A stretch of 63,583 nt of DNA, counting the filler, from Octopus bimaculoides (taxonomy: Eukaryota): the NCBI RefSeq assembly GCF_001194135.2. It is 4 parts of 4 records of this genome, joined end to end, with 100 filler letters (N's around TTAATTAATTAA, not from the genome) between each part and the next. Parts side by side here need not be neighbours in the genome. Positions count along the whole stretch, not along the records: positions 17,399 to 44,362 come from NC_068995.1; 3 more parts are not named here. The stretch is one strand, 5' to 3'. The stretch's first letter is position 1. Every line of letters begins with the position of its first letter. Positions 23,510 to 35,250 of the stretch are shown here, one piece after another. Under the pieces are notes generated by a model, which saw only the letters and a program-made list of their open reading frames with translations, did no database searches and was not told the origin of the DNA. The translations under genes and the position numbers were made by a program.

Positions 23510-23850
23510 CATCATCATCATTAACGTTCGTTTTCCATACGGGCATATGGTTCGACTGGGGTTTGGGAAGCCAGGAGGCTGCACCAGGCCCCAATCTGAT
23601 CTGGCAGTGTTTCTACAGCTGGATGCCCTTCCTAATGCCAACCACTCCGAGAGTGTAGTGGCTGCTTTTTACGTGCCACTGGCACAGACATTGACCACAA
23701 TCGGATGGTATTTTTTACATGCCACCGGCACGGAAGCCAGTCAAGGCGGCACTGGTATCGGCCACATTCAGATGGTGCTTTTTACAGCACTGACATCAAC
23801 CACGTTCGGATGGTGCTTTTTTACGTGCCATTGGCACAAGGGTCACAACT
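23510..23850 (-). mobile_element. RTE 3'-UTR fragment
   Basis: catcatcatcattaacgttcgttttccat...gtttctacagctggatgcccttcctaatgccaaccactccgagagtgtagtgg. Confidence 0.75.
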
Positions 23851-25416
23851 ACAACACAATCTAAATTCTTAAAAATTGCTTGGAAATATTTCTGGAAAAT
23901 GTTTTAAAATAATGATTTAAATAGTTATAAAGAAACAGTTGGGATGGGGATGCAGAGAATGATCCAAAATCCTTCTAAATTTTTTTTCTTAATTTGATGA
24001 ATGTAATTGTAATGTATACACTCAAGAATGTATCTACAAATTTTCATTAAAAAATATGCATTTTTCTGAAACAAGGTTGAGTGTTGAGCAGCACTAATCT
24101 GTAGTTATGCCAGCTAAACAGTTATTTTCTAACAAGATAAATAATTTTCAATATTCAGTAATGTGCCATGATATGGACTTCAGCATCATTATAAATTCTG
24201 ATATCGTGAGCATAAAACCATGTATTTGCAGCTCAAGTATGTGAAGGGAATTAACAAATTTTATTTGCAATAATTCAGAGAAAAGAAATGGGTAAATAAT
24301 CAAAATAGAGGTATGCACACACTCCCTCAATTATACATTGTACCATGGAAAACTGGTGTTCTCTAGAAATTTGTGAGACATCCCAAATCACTCACCACTT
24401 TACTGCAGGGCTTAGGTGCTGGAACAGTCAAGCACTCATTCGAGCATCATCTGATACTTCAGTGAGCTTTGTCAGTTGTCCAATACTCTCCAATATCTTA
24501 AAAACTTCGGGTTAAACTACATAATTTACCAACAAATTATGGTATTTTGGTGATTATTTTGTTCAGCTGTAAATGCAGTAACTACAACCTTCACAGCAGC
24601 ATTAAAGATATGTGATGGAGTTCATGAGTCACTAATAGTAACCTCTAATACAAGGCATCTGCTGCTAGCTTAGGGTCACGGGGTCCATTGGTCCTCTTTT
24701 CATCATTCCAGGACTATCCTACTGGTTCTAGAATTGAGATAATATTTACTCTGACTTCAGCTCATTAAATGATCGTATTTATCTTGTGGCAAGCATTGCC
24801 ATCTATACCCCAGAACTGAGAGGCATGTCGCAATAACACTTCATTCCCCTACATCCTTCAGCTCTGGCTCTGAAGGTGATAGAGATGCAGGGCTCATAAC
24901 ATTTGCCACACACAATGTATCGATCTTATCTCCAGAAAACTTGACACTTTCAGAAAGTGGGCAACATCTTGAGTTTTGATCAGATAAAAAAAAAAGTCAA
25001 AAATGTGTTAGGACTGTAAATTATATCAAACTCTCTGAGTCAGTTTTCTCCACACTGGAGTTAACAAGCCCACTCCACAGTTGTAGAGCTTCATTCACTT
25101 CTTTGTTGGAGCTAATCCATCTTGGAAAGGAGAGAATATTGTTTATCAAAAAAGATCAAGCATGAATGGAAGAAAGGAAAGATAGAGGAGCATTTATGTA
25201 AACCCAGATCCCTAAACCATTTGAGCAGTGTCTCCTTGGCAAGGGATACTGAAGTGAGCTTGACATTAAATGTACTTTTGAATTTTTCATGAGTTAGATT
25301 GTCAAAGAGCTGCAGAGAAAAGAATTTGATAGATAAATATCTTTTACTTGTTTCAGTTATTAGACTGCAGCCATGCTGGGGCACCACCTTGAAGAATTTT
25401 AGTCAAACAAATTAAA

Positions 25417-26650
25417 GAATTCCGGATAGAAGTAGGGGTGCACAAAGGATCAGCCATCAGTCCCTTTTTATTCATCATAGTCCTCCAGAGGAATTCAAGA
25501 CGGGTTGCCCCAGGGAGATCCTCTATGCTGATGACCTGGCCTTCATAGCAAAATCGCTACCAGAACTAGAGAAGAAATTTTGGGTGTGGAAGCAAAGTTT
25601 AGAATCAAAAGGCTTTAGAGTCGATGTAGCAAAGACCAAAGTTCTAGTAAGTAGGAAGGTGAACTCATCACACACACCCTCAGGTAGGTGGCCCTGCTCA
25701 ATCTGTAGAAAAGGTGTAGGTAGAAACTCCATAAGATGTACCTGGTGTAAACTATAGACACAAGGCAACATCAAAGGAAGATTAACCAGGAAGATAGCTT
25801 TTGTGTGTGGCAGATGCACAGGGGCAATAAACACCACAGACGCTCAGAAAGCAGATTCCATCACACTCCAGGGAGAGAAACTAGAAGTAGTTGATAGTTT
25901 CCACTACCTAGGTGACCAAGTTAGTAGTGGGGGTGGATGCTCTGAGAGTGTTACCACTAGAATAAGAATAGCCTGGGCAAAGTTTAGAAAGCTTCTACCC
26001 CTATTGGTGACAAAGAGCCTCTCGCTCAGAGTGAAAGGTAGATTGTACGATGCATGTGTGCAAACTGCCATGGAAGACATAGGATGAGGTAGTGAAGCAT
26101 GACCTTCGAACGTTGGGCCTCACAGAGGCAATGCCAAAAGACCAAGACCTCTGGAGATATGCTGTGACTGTGAAGACCTGGCAAATAAAGTGAGTTCACG
26201 GCTGTATCCTACACCAGTTTCACATAACCAGCCCCAGCCCATTCAAAAGTACCTTGGATCGTAGGGTGACCTGCTGTGCTTCAGGAGACCTATTGAGTCA
26301 AATACATCAACATCAAAATGAAAATTAAATGGAAATTGTAGATGTGATACCCATGCCAGTGGCACGTAAAAAGCACTATCTGAATGTGGCTGAGGCCAGC
26401 GCTGCCTTGACTGGCTTCCGTGCTGGTGGCACCTAAAAAACACCAACCGATCGTGGCTGTTGCCTGGCTCCTGTGCCAGTGGCACATAAAAATCACCCAC
26501 TACACTCACGGAGTGGTTCGCGTTACGAAGGGCATCCAGCTGTAGAAACACTGCCAGATCAGACTGGAGCCTGGTGCAGCTTCCTGGCTTCCCAGACCCC
26601 AGTGAAACCATCCGACCCATGCTAGCATGGAAAACGGTGATAATGATGAT
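25417..26650 (+). mobile_element. 5'-truncated RTE-clade LINE (RT fragment, Cys-rich insert, 3' UTR with (GAT)n tail)
   Basis: EFRIEVGVHKGSAISPFLFIIV; LYADDLA at 25521-25541; KLEVVDSFHYLGDQV...RIRIAWAKFRKLLPLL...KGRLYDACV; 3' UTR ends ggaaaacggtgataatgatgatg; frameshifted. Confidence 0.88.
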
Positions 26651-26699
26651 GAAGAAGAAAAACAATGGACAGCTTCCAATTCACATGCTTAAAGAAAAT

Positions 26700-27030
26700 A
26701 TCAAGTGGCTAGAGTGAGTTTGAAATAACACAAATGAGATGACAACAGACATCAATAAGGATCAGTGACGAACTAAGATGCAGAAGCTGGAATTAGATTG
26801 AACATGTCATCCTCGCACAAAATTGAGAAAGTGATTGTATGGAGACACTGAAGTGACAGCCTGAGGGAGAAAAGAGCAGTGGGTGCCCTAAAACCACATG
26901 GTGAAGAACCATTAACAAGGAAAATGTAGAGAAGCTAGAAAGAGACCAGAATAGTGGCAGAAAACAGAGCTAGTTGGAGAGATCGTATTGTTGCCTTATG
27001 TGCCTCATGGCACAGAGAAAACTAACTTGT
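26700..27030 (+). pseudogene. Second RTE-like LINE C-terminal fragment
   Basis: Ends AENRASWRDRIVALCASWHREN*, resembling RTE ORF termini. Confidence 0.55.
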
Positions 27031-27039
27031 TTTTTAAGC

Positions 27040-27295
27040 TGGTACCTATTCTATTGGTTTGTTTTACTGAACTGCTAAGTTACAGGGATGTAAATACACC
27101 AACACTGGTTGTCAAGCAGTGATGGGACAAACACATATGACAGGTTTCTTTCAATTTCTGTCTACCAAATCCACACACAAGGCTTCAGTCAGCCTGAGGC
27201 CATAGTAGAAGTCACTTGCCCAAGGTGCCATGCAGTGGGACTGAACTCAGAACCATGTAGCTGGGAACCTAACTTCTTACCACAGACCATACCTG
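27040..27295 (-). mobile_element. SINE family B
   Basis: ctgctaagttacaggg...ggttgtcaagc...tctgtctaccaaatccac...ttgcccaaggtgccatgcagtgggactgaac...ttcttaccacagac. Confidence 0.8.
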
Positions 27296-28031
27296 TGCTA
27301 ACAAATAATTCCTAAGAATATAAAATCTTTGATGGGGTTCAATTACATCAGTGTTATTGAGTTTGAAAGTAAGATTGCAAATTTGGGCTCCAAGGGAAAG
27401 CCATGCTGATAGGGGAGCGACAGGGATGGAAAAGAAGAATTCAGTAAACAGATCCATTGTAGCCTCTCACATCTTATAATAATTCTGCTTGTCATTGTGT
27501 TACTTAGCCTGTCGGTAACACTTTCATGTGATAAGAGAAAAAGAGGGAGAGGGAATGTGATTAGTTGAAGGGAAAGAGAGGAGAAAAAGAAAGAGGGAAG
27601 CATCCATGACGTGAGGTAGGGGGAACATAATATTTATTACATGGTTAAAAAGGTTAGTTGAAGGTAGAGGAGGAGTTAAAAATATAATTTTAGCAGAGGG
27701 GTATGAGTGCTATGTATTAAGTCTATAAAATTATGCATAAAATGTATATAAAGTGCATTAAGTAACCATCGTATTCCAATTTCTTTCACTTTTCAATGAG
27801 CAGCAGATGAATGGCTATCTTTCTATATAGATACAATACAAGCTACGCTTTCAGGTTTTTTGGATCAAGTTTTCAGAAATAACCCAATAAGTTTACCATT
27901 AGTTCCTTGAAATATTCACGGGTCCCGCTAGTCAAAGATGAATGTTTGAGTATCCATTGTGATAAGCTGTGCATTTAATTGCTCAATTTGTATAATAAAT
28001 TTGATACTAAATCTAAATTCTTTTATTGCAG

Positions 28032-28191
28032 ATTTGAAATGGAAGCAAAAGAAGCTGAAGAAATGAAAAAGAAACTTGGGTTGAACAGTGAAAATTCACT
28101 TGAAAGTCAAATATTGAAAAGAAGAGCCAACAACTTTAATAGTACTATTGCTTCTCTCGAAGCTAAATATTGTAAAAGCGCTAAAAAATAA
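28032..28191 (+). CDS. DNAJC9: DNAJC9 exon 2 (C-terminal histone-binding helices and stop)
   Basis: FEMEAKEAEEMKKKLGL...SLESQI...LEAKYCKSAKK* matches the DNAJC9 C-terminal EAKEAE..KELGL...SL...EAKYC motif. Confidence 0.93.
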
Positions 28192-28297
28192 TAATATTAA
28201 GGTAAAAATGACAAGTTATATAGTAATTCCCTTTCATACATTCTGAAAGTATTTTTTATTCTCTTTTATTTAGAAAAAGAGATTGTAAGTTAATCGG

Positions 28298-28303
28298 AAT
28301 AAA
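28298..28303 (+). terminator. Candidate polyadenylation signal for DNAJC9
   Basis: AATAAA 107 nt after the stop codon, followed by GT/T-rich sequence. Confidence 0.55.
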
Positions 28304-28504
28304 GACTGTATAGTTGAGTAAATTATTGTGCAAGTTGGTTTACTTTTGATGCAATACATTTTCTGCATAACATGCTATTCAGTTTCAACTGGACCAAGGC
28401 AAGTTTGTGAAATTAGATGGTGATAGAATAGACATTGCTTCATAGAACTTGTGTTTTGGAAGTGGAAAATAAGGACATCTTCAGTTTATAAATTACTGAA
28501 TTAA

Positions 28505-28680
28505 GTTATAGCTGTGTGGTATGGAAGTTTGCTTCCCAACTACATAGTTCCATGTTCGGTCCCACTATGTTGCACCTTGGGCAAGTGTCTTCTTCTACTA
28601 TAGCCCCTGGCTGATCAATGCATTGTGAGGGGATTCGATTAATGGAAACTGAAAGAAGCCCGTCATTTGTATCTATCTAT
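28505..28680 (+). mobile_element. SINE family B (5' half)
   Basis: gctgtgtggtatggaagtttgcttcccaactacat...gttcggtcccactatgttgcaccttgggcaagtgtcttc...gaaactgaaagaagcccgtc. Confidence 0.8.
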
Positions 28681-29149
28681 CTATCTAGCAATCTATGTGT
28701 ATATTATATATTATGTACTTATAAATGTATGTCCCCACCACATTACATTCATCTCCCGCTTCTCCAATGAATGAAACTACATCTCATCATGCACTTTGCC
28801 CCTGACTTCCCAATGCCTCCAAGCCATATCTCTCTTCTGTTCTTCCCCTGCAAATTTCATCATTGATATACTGCCACTCTTCCATATACCAGTGTTCACC
28901 ACTCACTACATTTCCCTTCCTTCCTCTTTTCTCTCCTTTTCACTCTCATAAATGCCCTGTACTTTGAGGGTTTGCCCTGGTACATCTTCAACACCCTCCT
29001 GTCTCTCTCTCACTCTTTCTCTCTCCTCTGATTGGTGTAGCCAAGTATCTCCTCTACAACAAGACACCTGTATCTGTCACTGTATCACAGGTTAACCTCT
29101 CACCATCTGGCACAAAGCCACTTCTCTCAGTACCACTTGTGAATTACTT

Positions 29150-29310
29150 GATGCCATGTAAAAAGCACTCAGTCTATTCTGTAAAGAGGTTGGCTCTAGA
29201 AAGGGCATCCAACTGTAGAAACCATTGCCAAAAATGATAGTTTGGTATAGTCCTGACTGGCTAGCTCCTGTCAAATCATCCAACCCATGTCAGCATGGAT
29301 ATTAAATGAT
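29150..29310 (+). mobile_element. RTE 3'-UTR fragment
   Basis: gaaagggcatccaactgtagaaacc...gtcaaatcatccaacccatgtcagcatgga...taaatgatg. Confidence 0.65.
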
Positions 29311-29390
29311 GTATATATGTTTGTGTTTGTTCCTCACCACCGCTTGACAACCAGTGTTGGTTTGTTTATGTTCCCATAGCATCGATTTGA

Positions 29391-29830
29391 TTAACCCTTT
29401 CGTTACTAACCCGACCGTAGCCGGCTGAAAAAATTTTTGGTTCATAAGACTAACCCGGATTTGAACCCAAATCTCGTTAGTACATTCGTTAAAACACCTG
29501 ATTTCACTTTGCAAACAGTTGAGTTATTGTCTCCGACATTGTTTGGCATGATATTTGAACTCAGTGAATTTTGGAAGATTTTTTTCCACATTTTTTGCGG
29601 CGTTGATTTTTTTCAACTTTAAAGATGGAGAGGAGTTTCATGCTATCAAGCAGTGATTCTGAATTTGAAGGTTTTTCAACAGAAGATATGGAGATATCGA
29701 AGAAAAGAATGAATGAGCGACAAAAGCACGTGGTGAACGATAATGAATAGGATATTTCTGTATCCGAATCTGAAATCAGCGATTCTGAAAGCAGCGACGG
29801 CGACAGCGAGGATGATTTTACACCAGAATG
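29391..29830 (+). mobile_element. piggyBac-like 5' fragment
   Basis: TTAA|CCCTTTCG terminus at 29391; acidic N-terminal peptide SSDSEFEGFSTEDMEI...SESEISDSESSDGDSEDDF. Confidence 0.55.
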
Positions 29831-29834
29831 TCTG

Positions 29835-30441
29835 TTAAGATCTATGTCAGTGTGCTACTAATGACCCATGCCTCATGTCAAAGATCATCACTGACCCTGA
29901 GACAAAGCAGCAGTTGTCACAATGGAAGAGCCCTTTATCTCCACAACCGAAGAAGGCACGACAGTGCTGCAGCTCATTTAAGACATTGTGCATCACGAAT
30001 TCGTCCCCCAGGGCCAGACTATCAATCGAGTTTTGTGACGATTTGAGGGAAGACATTCAGCAAAAGTGACCGGATCTGTGGAGCACAAACAATTGTATTC
30101 TTCATAACGACAGTGCACTGTCAGCAAGCTTGCCTCACTCATGAATTTTTTGCTAAAAACATGGTATTGCTTCTGCACCTGCAGACTTCCATCTCTTCTC
30201 CAAAACGAAAAGGCAGCTCAAAGGTTGCCATTTTAACACTGTTGTCGAGATCCTGAGCGAATCGCAGATGGTCCTCAACTCACTTACCGAAAACGAATTC
30301 CAAAAGTGGCAAGAACACTGGAACTGATATATTGCTGTGCAAGGTGACTATTTCAAAAGAGATGATGTTAAAACTTAGGCAAATAAGTTAGTTTTTTTTT
30401 ATCAAACATAATTAGTCCGGGAACTTTTTGATACCACCTTG
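29835..30441 (+). mobile_element. Mariner 3' fragment
   Basis: SKIIT-DPETKQQLSQWKSPLSPQPKKARQ (GDETW-YDPETK region), LHHDNAP-like and DFHLFSK-like remnants; ends in TIR agtccgggaactttttgataccaccttg followed by TA. Confidence 0.8.
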
Positions 30442-31899
30442 TATTGGAGTAAATTTGTTCAACTAAAACCCTTTAAACAAATTAAAGATGAAAGATATTC
30501 TATATGACTAACAATGTACTAATATTTAAAGCATAAAAGCATGCAATGTACCTATTTTTAATAAGGTAAACACCACAGTTCAAATTTAAATAACTCTCAC
30601 TTACATGTACATATTAGTAAATATGTACATATATATTGGGTCATCCCATAAATAATGTGGGTTTTTTATACTTATTTTATTTTTCAAATTTAAGATAAAC
30701 AAAGTTCATTTTTAATCTAAAATATACTCTCCTTCATTTTCTACAATGCTCTTCTATCTGTCTGGTAGACTTGCAAGGCCTCTCTTCCAAACTTCACTTT
30801 TCCATGACAAAAAATACTCCTCCAGTACTGTTCTGACCTCGTCTACAGAACTTATATTTTTTCCGTCCATATAATTTTGAAGACTGTGGAATAACTAATA
30901 ATCAGATGGGACAATGTCTGGCAAATATGATGGGCGGGGCATCGTTTCCTATTCAAACTGCTCCAGCCTTTGGAATGTTGTCTTCCCTGTATATGGCCAA
31001 GCATCCTGATGGAAGAACACTTTTTGTCTTGAAAGCAAATACGGTTGTTTTCCTTCTAGCGCTGACTTAAGCCTCTCAAGCTGCTTGCAGTAGATCTCCT
31101 CTGTTATCATTTGGTTTGGGTTTAAAAGTTCAAAGTGGACTAAACTTTTCGTATCCCACCAATCAGATAACACCTTATGTGGTGAAGACCTTTAGCCTGG
31201 TATACCGGTGTTTCTCGTTTCCCTACTCACTGTCTTCAACACTTGACATTTTTTATACAGAACCCATTTCTCATCACTAGTCATTTGGTCCAAAAAAAAA
31301 GGTTCATTTGTGAGATATGACAGCAAAGAAAAGCACACATTCACTCTCTGCACGCGATTACTCGGAAAGTTTGTGAGGAACCCATTGACCCAATGTGCTG
31401 ACTTTTCTGATGGCATGTAGGTGTCAACAAATGGTTGAATGGCCAAATCCAAGCTTCTTTGCTAGTTCCTCAACAGTTACAGTGGGGTTTTGTTCCACCA
31501 GGGTCTGCAGGACATCCTCATCGAGCTCTACAGATCTTCTAGGGTAGTTTCTGGCTTAGAATTTCTGGAACCACTGTTGACACTGGCTTGCGCTTATTGT
31601 CCAATCCCCATATACAGCATTAATATTCCCTGCACTTTCCATTGCGCTGTTGCCTTCATTGAACTCGTGAAGCAAAATATGCTGAATCTTCTTTGTCACT
31701 TCCGTTATAATTTTGAAATAATAACTATTAAAACTGAACTGCACTCTTCAAAAGAATAAGTAAACAATATAACAGAGTGGTGGGGACAGGTATGACCCTA
31801 CAAGCCACATTCCTCACTGGACATTTTTACTTACCTTTTATGGTTTACACTCACGCAGAACTTTTCATTTCCGACATGTATACCACTTGCTTCCATCAT

Positions 31900-34800
31900 T
31901 TACCATGTGTATCTGATGACAGGCACCTCCTCTCTAGCCTTATTTTCCTTCATAGAAGGAAAAAAAAGAAGTTTACCAGTCCTTGGCCAGAGATGAAGAT
32001 ACCTGTCACCAATCCTTTCGTTTGTGTTCTCCAGATAGCCTCTTTCATTATAGCAACCACTACGAGAAACCAGACCTCTCCTTCTCTGTTCAGAGAGGAA
32101 GATGGAACAATCTTTATAACTGACTCAGAAGACAGCTGTACTTGTCCCAGACGTGACAGCAGTCGTTCAACATAAATCTACAGCTATGCAATCCCCGAAC
32201 ACTGCAGAAATGTGTGCGGAACAGTTTCACTGTCCTGTCCACGTCTTGGGCAGGTGGGTGAGCATGAAGCACCCTGCCTTGCAAGTTTATCATGAACTGG
32301 CAAGCATTGCCAGGCTAAGGACCTCTGGATGTTGTCCAAGGGTCCTGGCCTGAATGTCTTTTGGAATAGGCTGACCAGTTGACCATCATCGAAGCCCAGG
32401 ATTTTTCCCAGGGTGTCATCATAATTGGCCTCTACCAACCCTCTATAGAATGACGAGGTGGAACCCAGGCTACCAGCATTACCTGTGCAGCAGAGGAGCA
32501 CTAGTGCCTTATGACACTTGGCCTGCCAAGCACCCAACTTTGGCCTACATTCCATCCATGGTTCTAGTGAACTTAGGAAGCAACAGTTTGACGAATGGAG
32601 ACCACACCCACTCACCATCCAGGTAAAGCCAAAGATTGCAACCTCCGCCCTCCCTTTCAGAGTTAGCCATCGCCCAGACTAGGTCTGGGTTAGATGGGTC
32701 ACCCTCCTTGTGACCTTGCTCCAATTTTTCTCTAACTGGGGGTCTGGACTGAACCAGACCCCTAGCATTTTCATCGGACCGCCTGTTCGACGGCATCGAC
32801 TTGCCTCTCTAGGTGCCGAGCTGCAAGCCAACTTAATTTTCCCAGTTAATTATTGCTCCTGCCACTGCCTCGTATTCTTTAACAGCTTTACCTACCCACT
32901 GTAGGTGTTTAGTCTCAGATATGATGGTGATGTCATCCGTGTATGCTGTCACTGATCTTCCACAACCTAGATCTCACGTGATGCCACTTCATACCTTCCA
33001 ACTTCTGCAGTAAGGGCTCGAGAGCCAGGACATACAGAAGTGGGGAGAGTGAACTTCCTTGATGAACCGAGCGCTTGATACATAACAGTTCCCAAAAGAA
33101 ACTGTTCACCCAAACGGTCGAATTAATGTTGCTGTATAAAGCAATGATCCAACTGCGAAAGATCGGGCCCAACCCGACTGCCGCAAGAACCATCACCAGA
33201 TCCCAATGGTTGACCCTATCGAAAGCTTTAGCTTGGTCTAAATGGACCAGTGCCCCACCCTTGCCAGGTAACCTATTAACCCACTCTAAGGTATAGCGTA
33301 TAAGATGGAGATTGTTGTGTATGGACCGGCCAGGGATGGTGCAAGTTTGCGCCTCCCCAATGAGTCAACCCACGCCAATCTTTTTGCTAATACCTTGGCA
33401 AAAATCTTCAACTCTGTGTTAAGTAGAGTAATGGGCTGAAAGTTATTCACTGGATACCCTTTGTCTGGGTCCTTCCTTAGCAGCGTCACCACTCCCTGGC
33501 TCACAGATTTGGGTACGAAATGATTCTGCTGCCAGTTGGTGAAGACACAAGCCAGTAAGTGCTCAAACAATTCTGGCATGCTATAATATAATTCGTAGGG
33601 AAGACCATCCAGTCCTAGCAACCTGTCCCCACGACAGTCCAATAAGGCATCCTCCACTTCCGCAACTGTGATCAGCTTTTCACATTTCGCTTCCTGCCCC
33701 GAGGGACATGGCAAACTGGCGAGGAAGTCTGTAGGGTCTATCCTGTGCTCTGGTCCACTGCCCCTCCCAAAAAGCTGGGCGAAATGATCATAAAAAACCT
33801 TGCACATCTCAGGTTCGTTTACCAAATGCCTATGTTGGTTCGTCATAGACCTTATTGTGGCATCATTGCTGTGTTGAGCCTCTACCATACGGGCCCATCT
33901 CCAGCATTGATCCCCTCTCATCCCATTGTATGAAGCTTAGCTCTGACAATGCACCCCTCATGTTTATCCTAAAGGTGTTGATTGAGCGCCATTTTCACAG
34001 CTAAAACTTGGGATGCACTGCCAGTCCTCAATGCTTCTTCTAGGGCCTTAGCTAAGTCCCTTTCTATTCTATTCTTCTTAGTTGCTAATTCTTTACTAAA
34101 CCTAATTGACTGCCACCATTTGTTAATAATGGTGCCTGTCAGTGCCCTCTTCACTAGCTGACTAATCTGGTTCCTGTACTCCTCACAGTTCAAAAGAGAC
34201 CTGTTGAGTTTCCAGTAGCTGGGTCCCTGTCTACATATCATCTCTAAGTCAAGTGTACAGGACACAAGTTTTCAATCGCTGTAGCTGACCTAATAGAGTT
34301 GTGGACAATTAGCTATATTCTTATCTTTACGTCTAACTATTATCCTATCTAAGTAAGATCTAGAAGACCCATCGCTGTTTGTCCATGTCCACACTGGAAC
34401 ATCCAGAAATTCTAGTCTATACCGATCTGCCTGCTGAAAGTGACTGAGCAGATTGGTGAGGCATGGATTACCCTTCCTATTTGGATCCGAGCCAACACAA
34501 TCTACGCATGCATTGCAAATTGTGTTAGTCACCTAATAATACTAAAGTATGAGGTGTGCTTAGGAAATTTTCTAGGTTTCTAAAATAGCCCCATAGTGGG
34601 TGTAGGCACCTACCAGCCTGAAAGTCTTACCACTACTGAGCGTCACATCAAGAACAACCAGCCTGCCTTCCAGGTCAATAAGGATTGTTCTAGTCTTGAA
34701 AGCCAGATTTTTCCTGAGTAGAATTGTGACACCACTCCCTTTCCCTGGTTGGCATGGAGAAATAAATTTCTCGTAGCCGTTAGGTCTGGTTTCTGTGGCA

Positions 34801-34907
34801 ACCATCATATCCAATCTATGTGATTTGAGGTCATTAAGGAAGTGACCATGCTTCCAGTCTGACACCAGGCCACATACATTTAAACATCCTACAGTGAGTG
34901 TATTCAT
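31900..34907 (-). pseudogene. Tx1-clade ORF2 (APE endonuclease and reverse transcriptase), frameshifted
   Basis: MNTLTVGCLNVCGL...VATET; WTWTNSDGSSRSYLDRI; GPSYWKLN; GLDGLPYELY...NFQPITLLNTELKIFAKVLAKRL; VHQGSSLSPLLYVLALEPL; AYTDDIT at about 32930-32950. Confidence 0.9.
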
Positions 34908-35250
34908 AAAATGGCTTACCTTTGTAATCCCTTCTCAGTCTAATCCGTGGCTTGCAGGGTTTTCTTGGTTAGGCCCTCGTACATTGAAATGCAAAAGTCT
35001 TTTCTGAGAAGGCCTATGGCATGAGGGAATCAAGGGGTATAACATATTATAATTTAAACAGTCTATTGAATAAATTAATATTTTCTCTAGTAAAATAGTA
35101 TAGTGTTCTCTATATAGTTCTGTGGTAGGTGTATCTTAGAGTTCGTCGACCAAGAAATCATTCTTGACATTTATTGCCATTAAATTAAATTCTGCTGAGG
35201 TTGAGAAAAGGGGAGATACTTTTTTGGGGATGGGAGGAGTAGATTGTGAT

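Larger units (their letters stand above)
18527..28031 (+). other. DNAJC9: DNAJC9 intron (9505 bp as assembled, including gaps)
   Basis: GT at 18527-28; ttttattgcAG ending at 28031; the join AG+A restores Arg and keeps the frame. Confidence 0.88.

Noticed and set aside
24300-25330. Possible decayed Harbinger-like transposase on the minus strand
   Set aside because: Only vague resemblance (FHSCLIFFDKQ); no catalytic motif could be supported without a profile search.
27979-28031. Upstream extension of the exon-2 ORF (MLNLYNKFDTK...) as an independent gene
   Set aside because: It starts at a non-ATG codon in intronic polypyrimidine sequence; homology begins at the AG acceptor at 28031.
31788-31801. 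GGTATGACCCTAC as the second TIR of the 30636 mariner
   Set aside because: Only a partial match; a much better TIR lies at 36607-36630.
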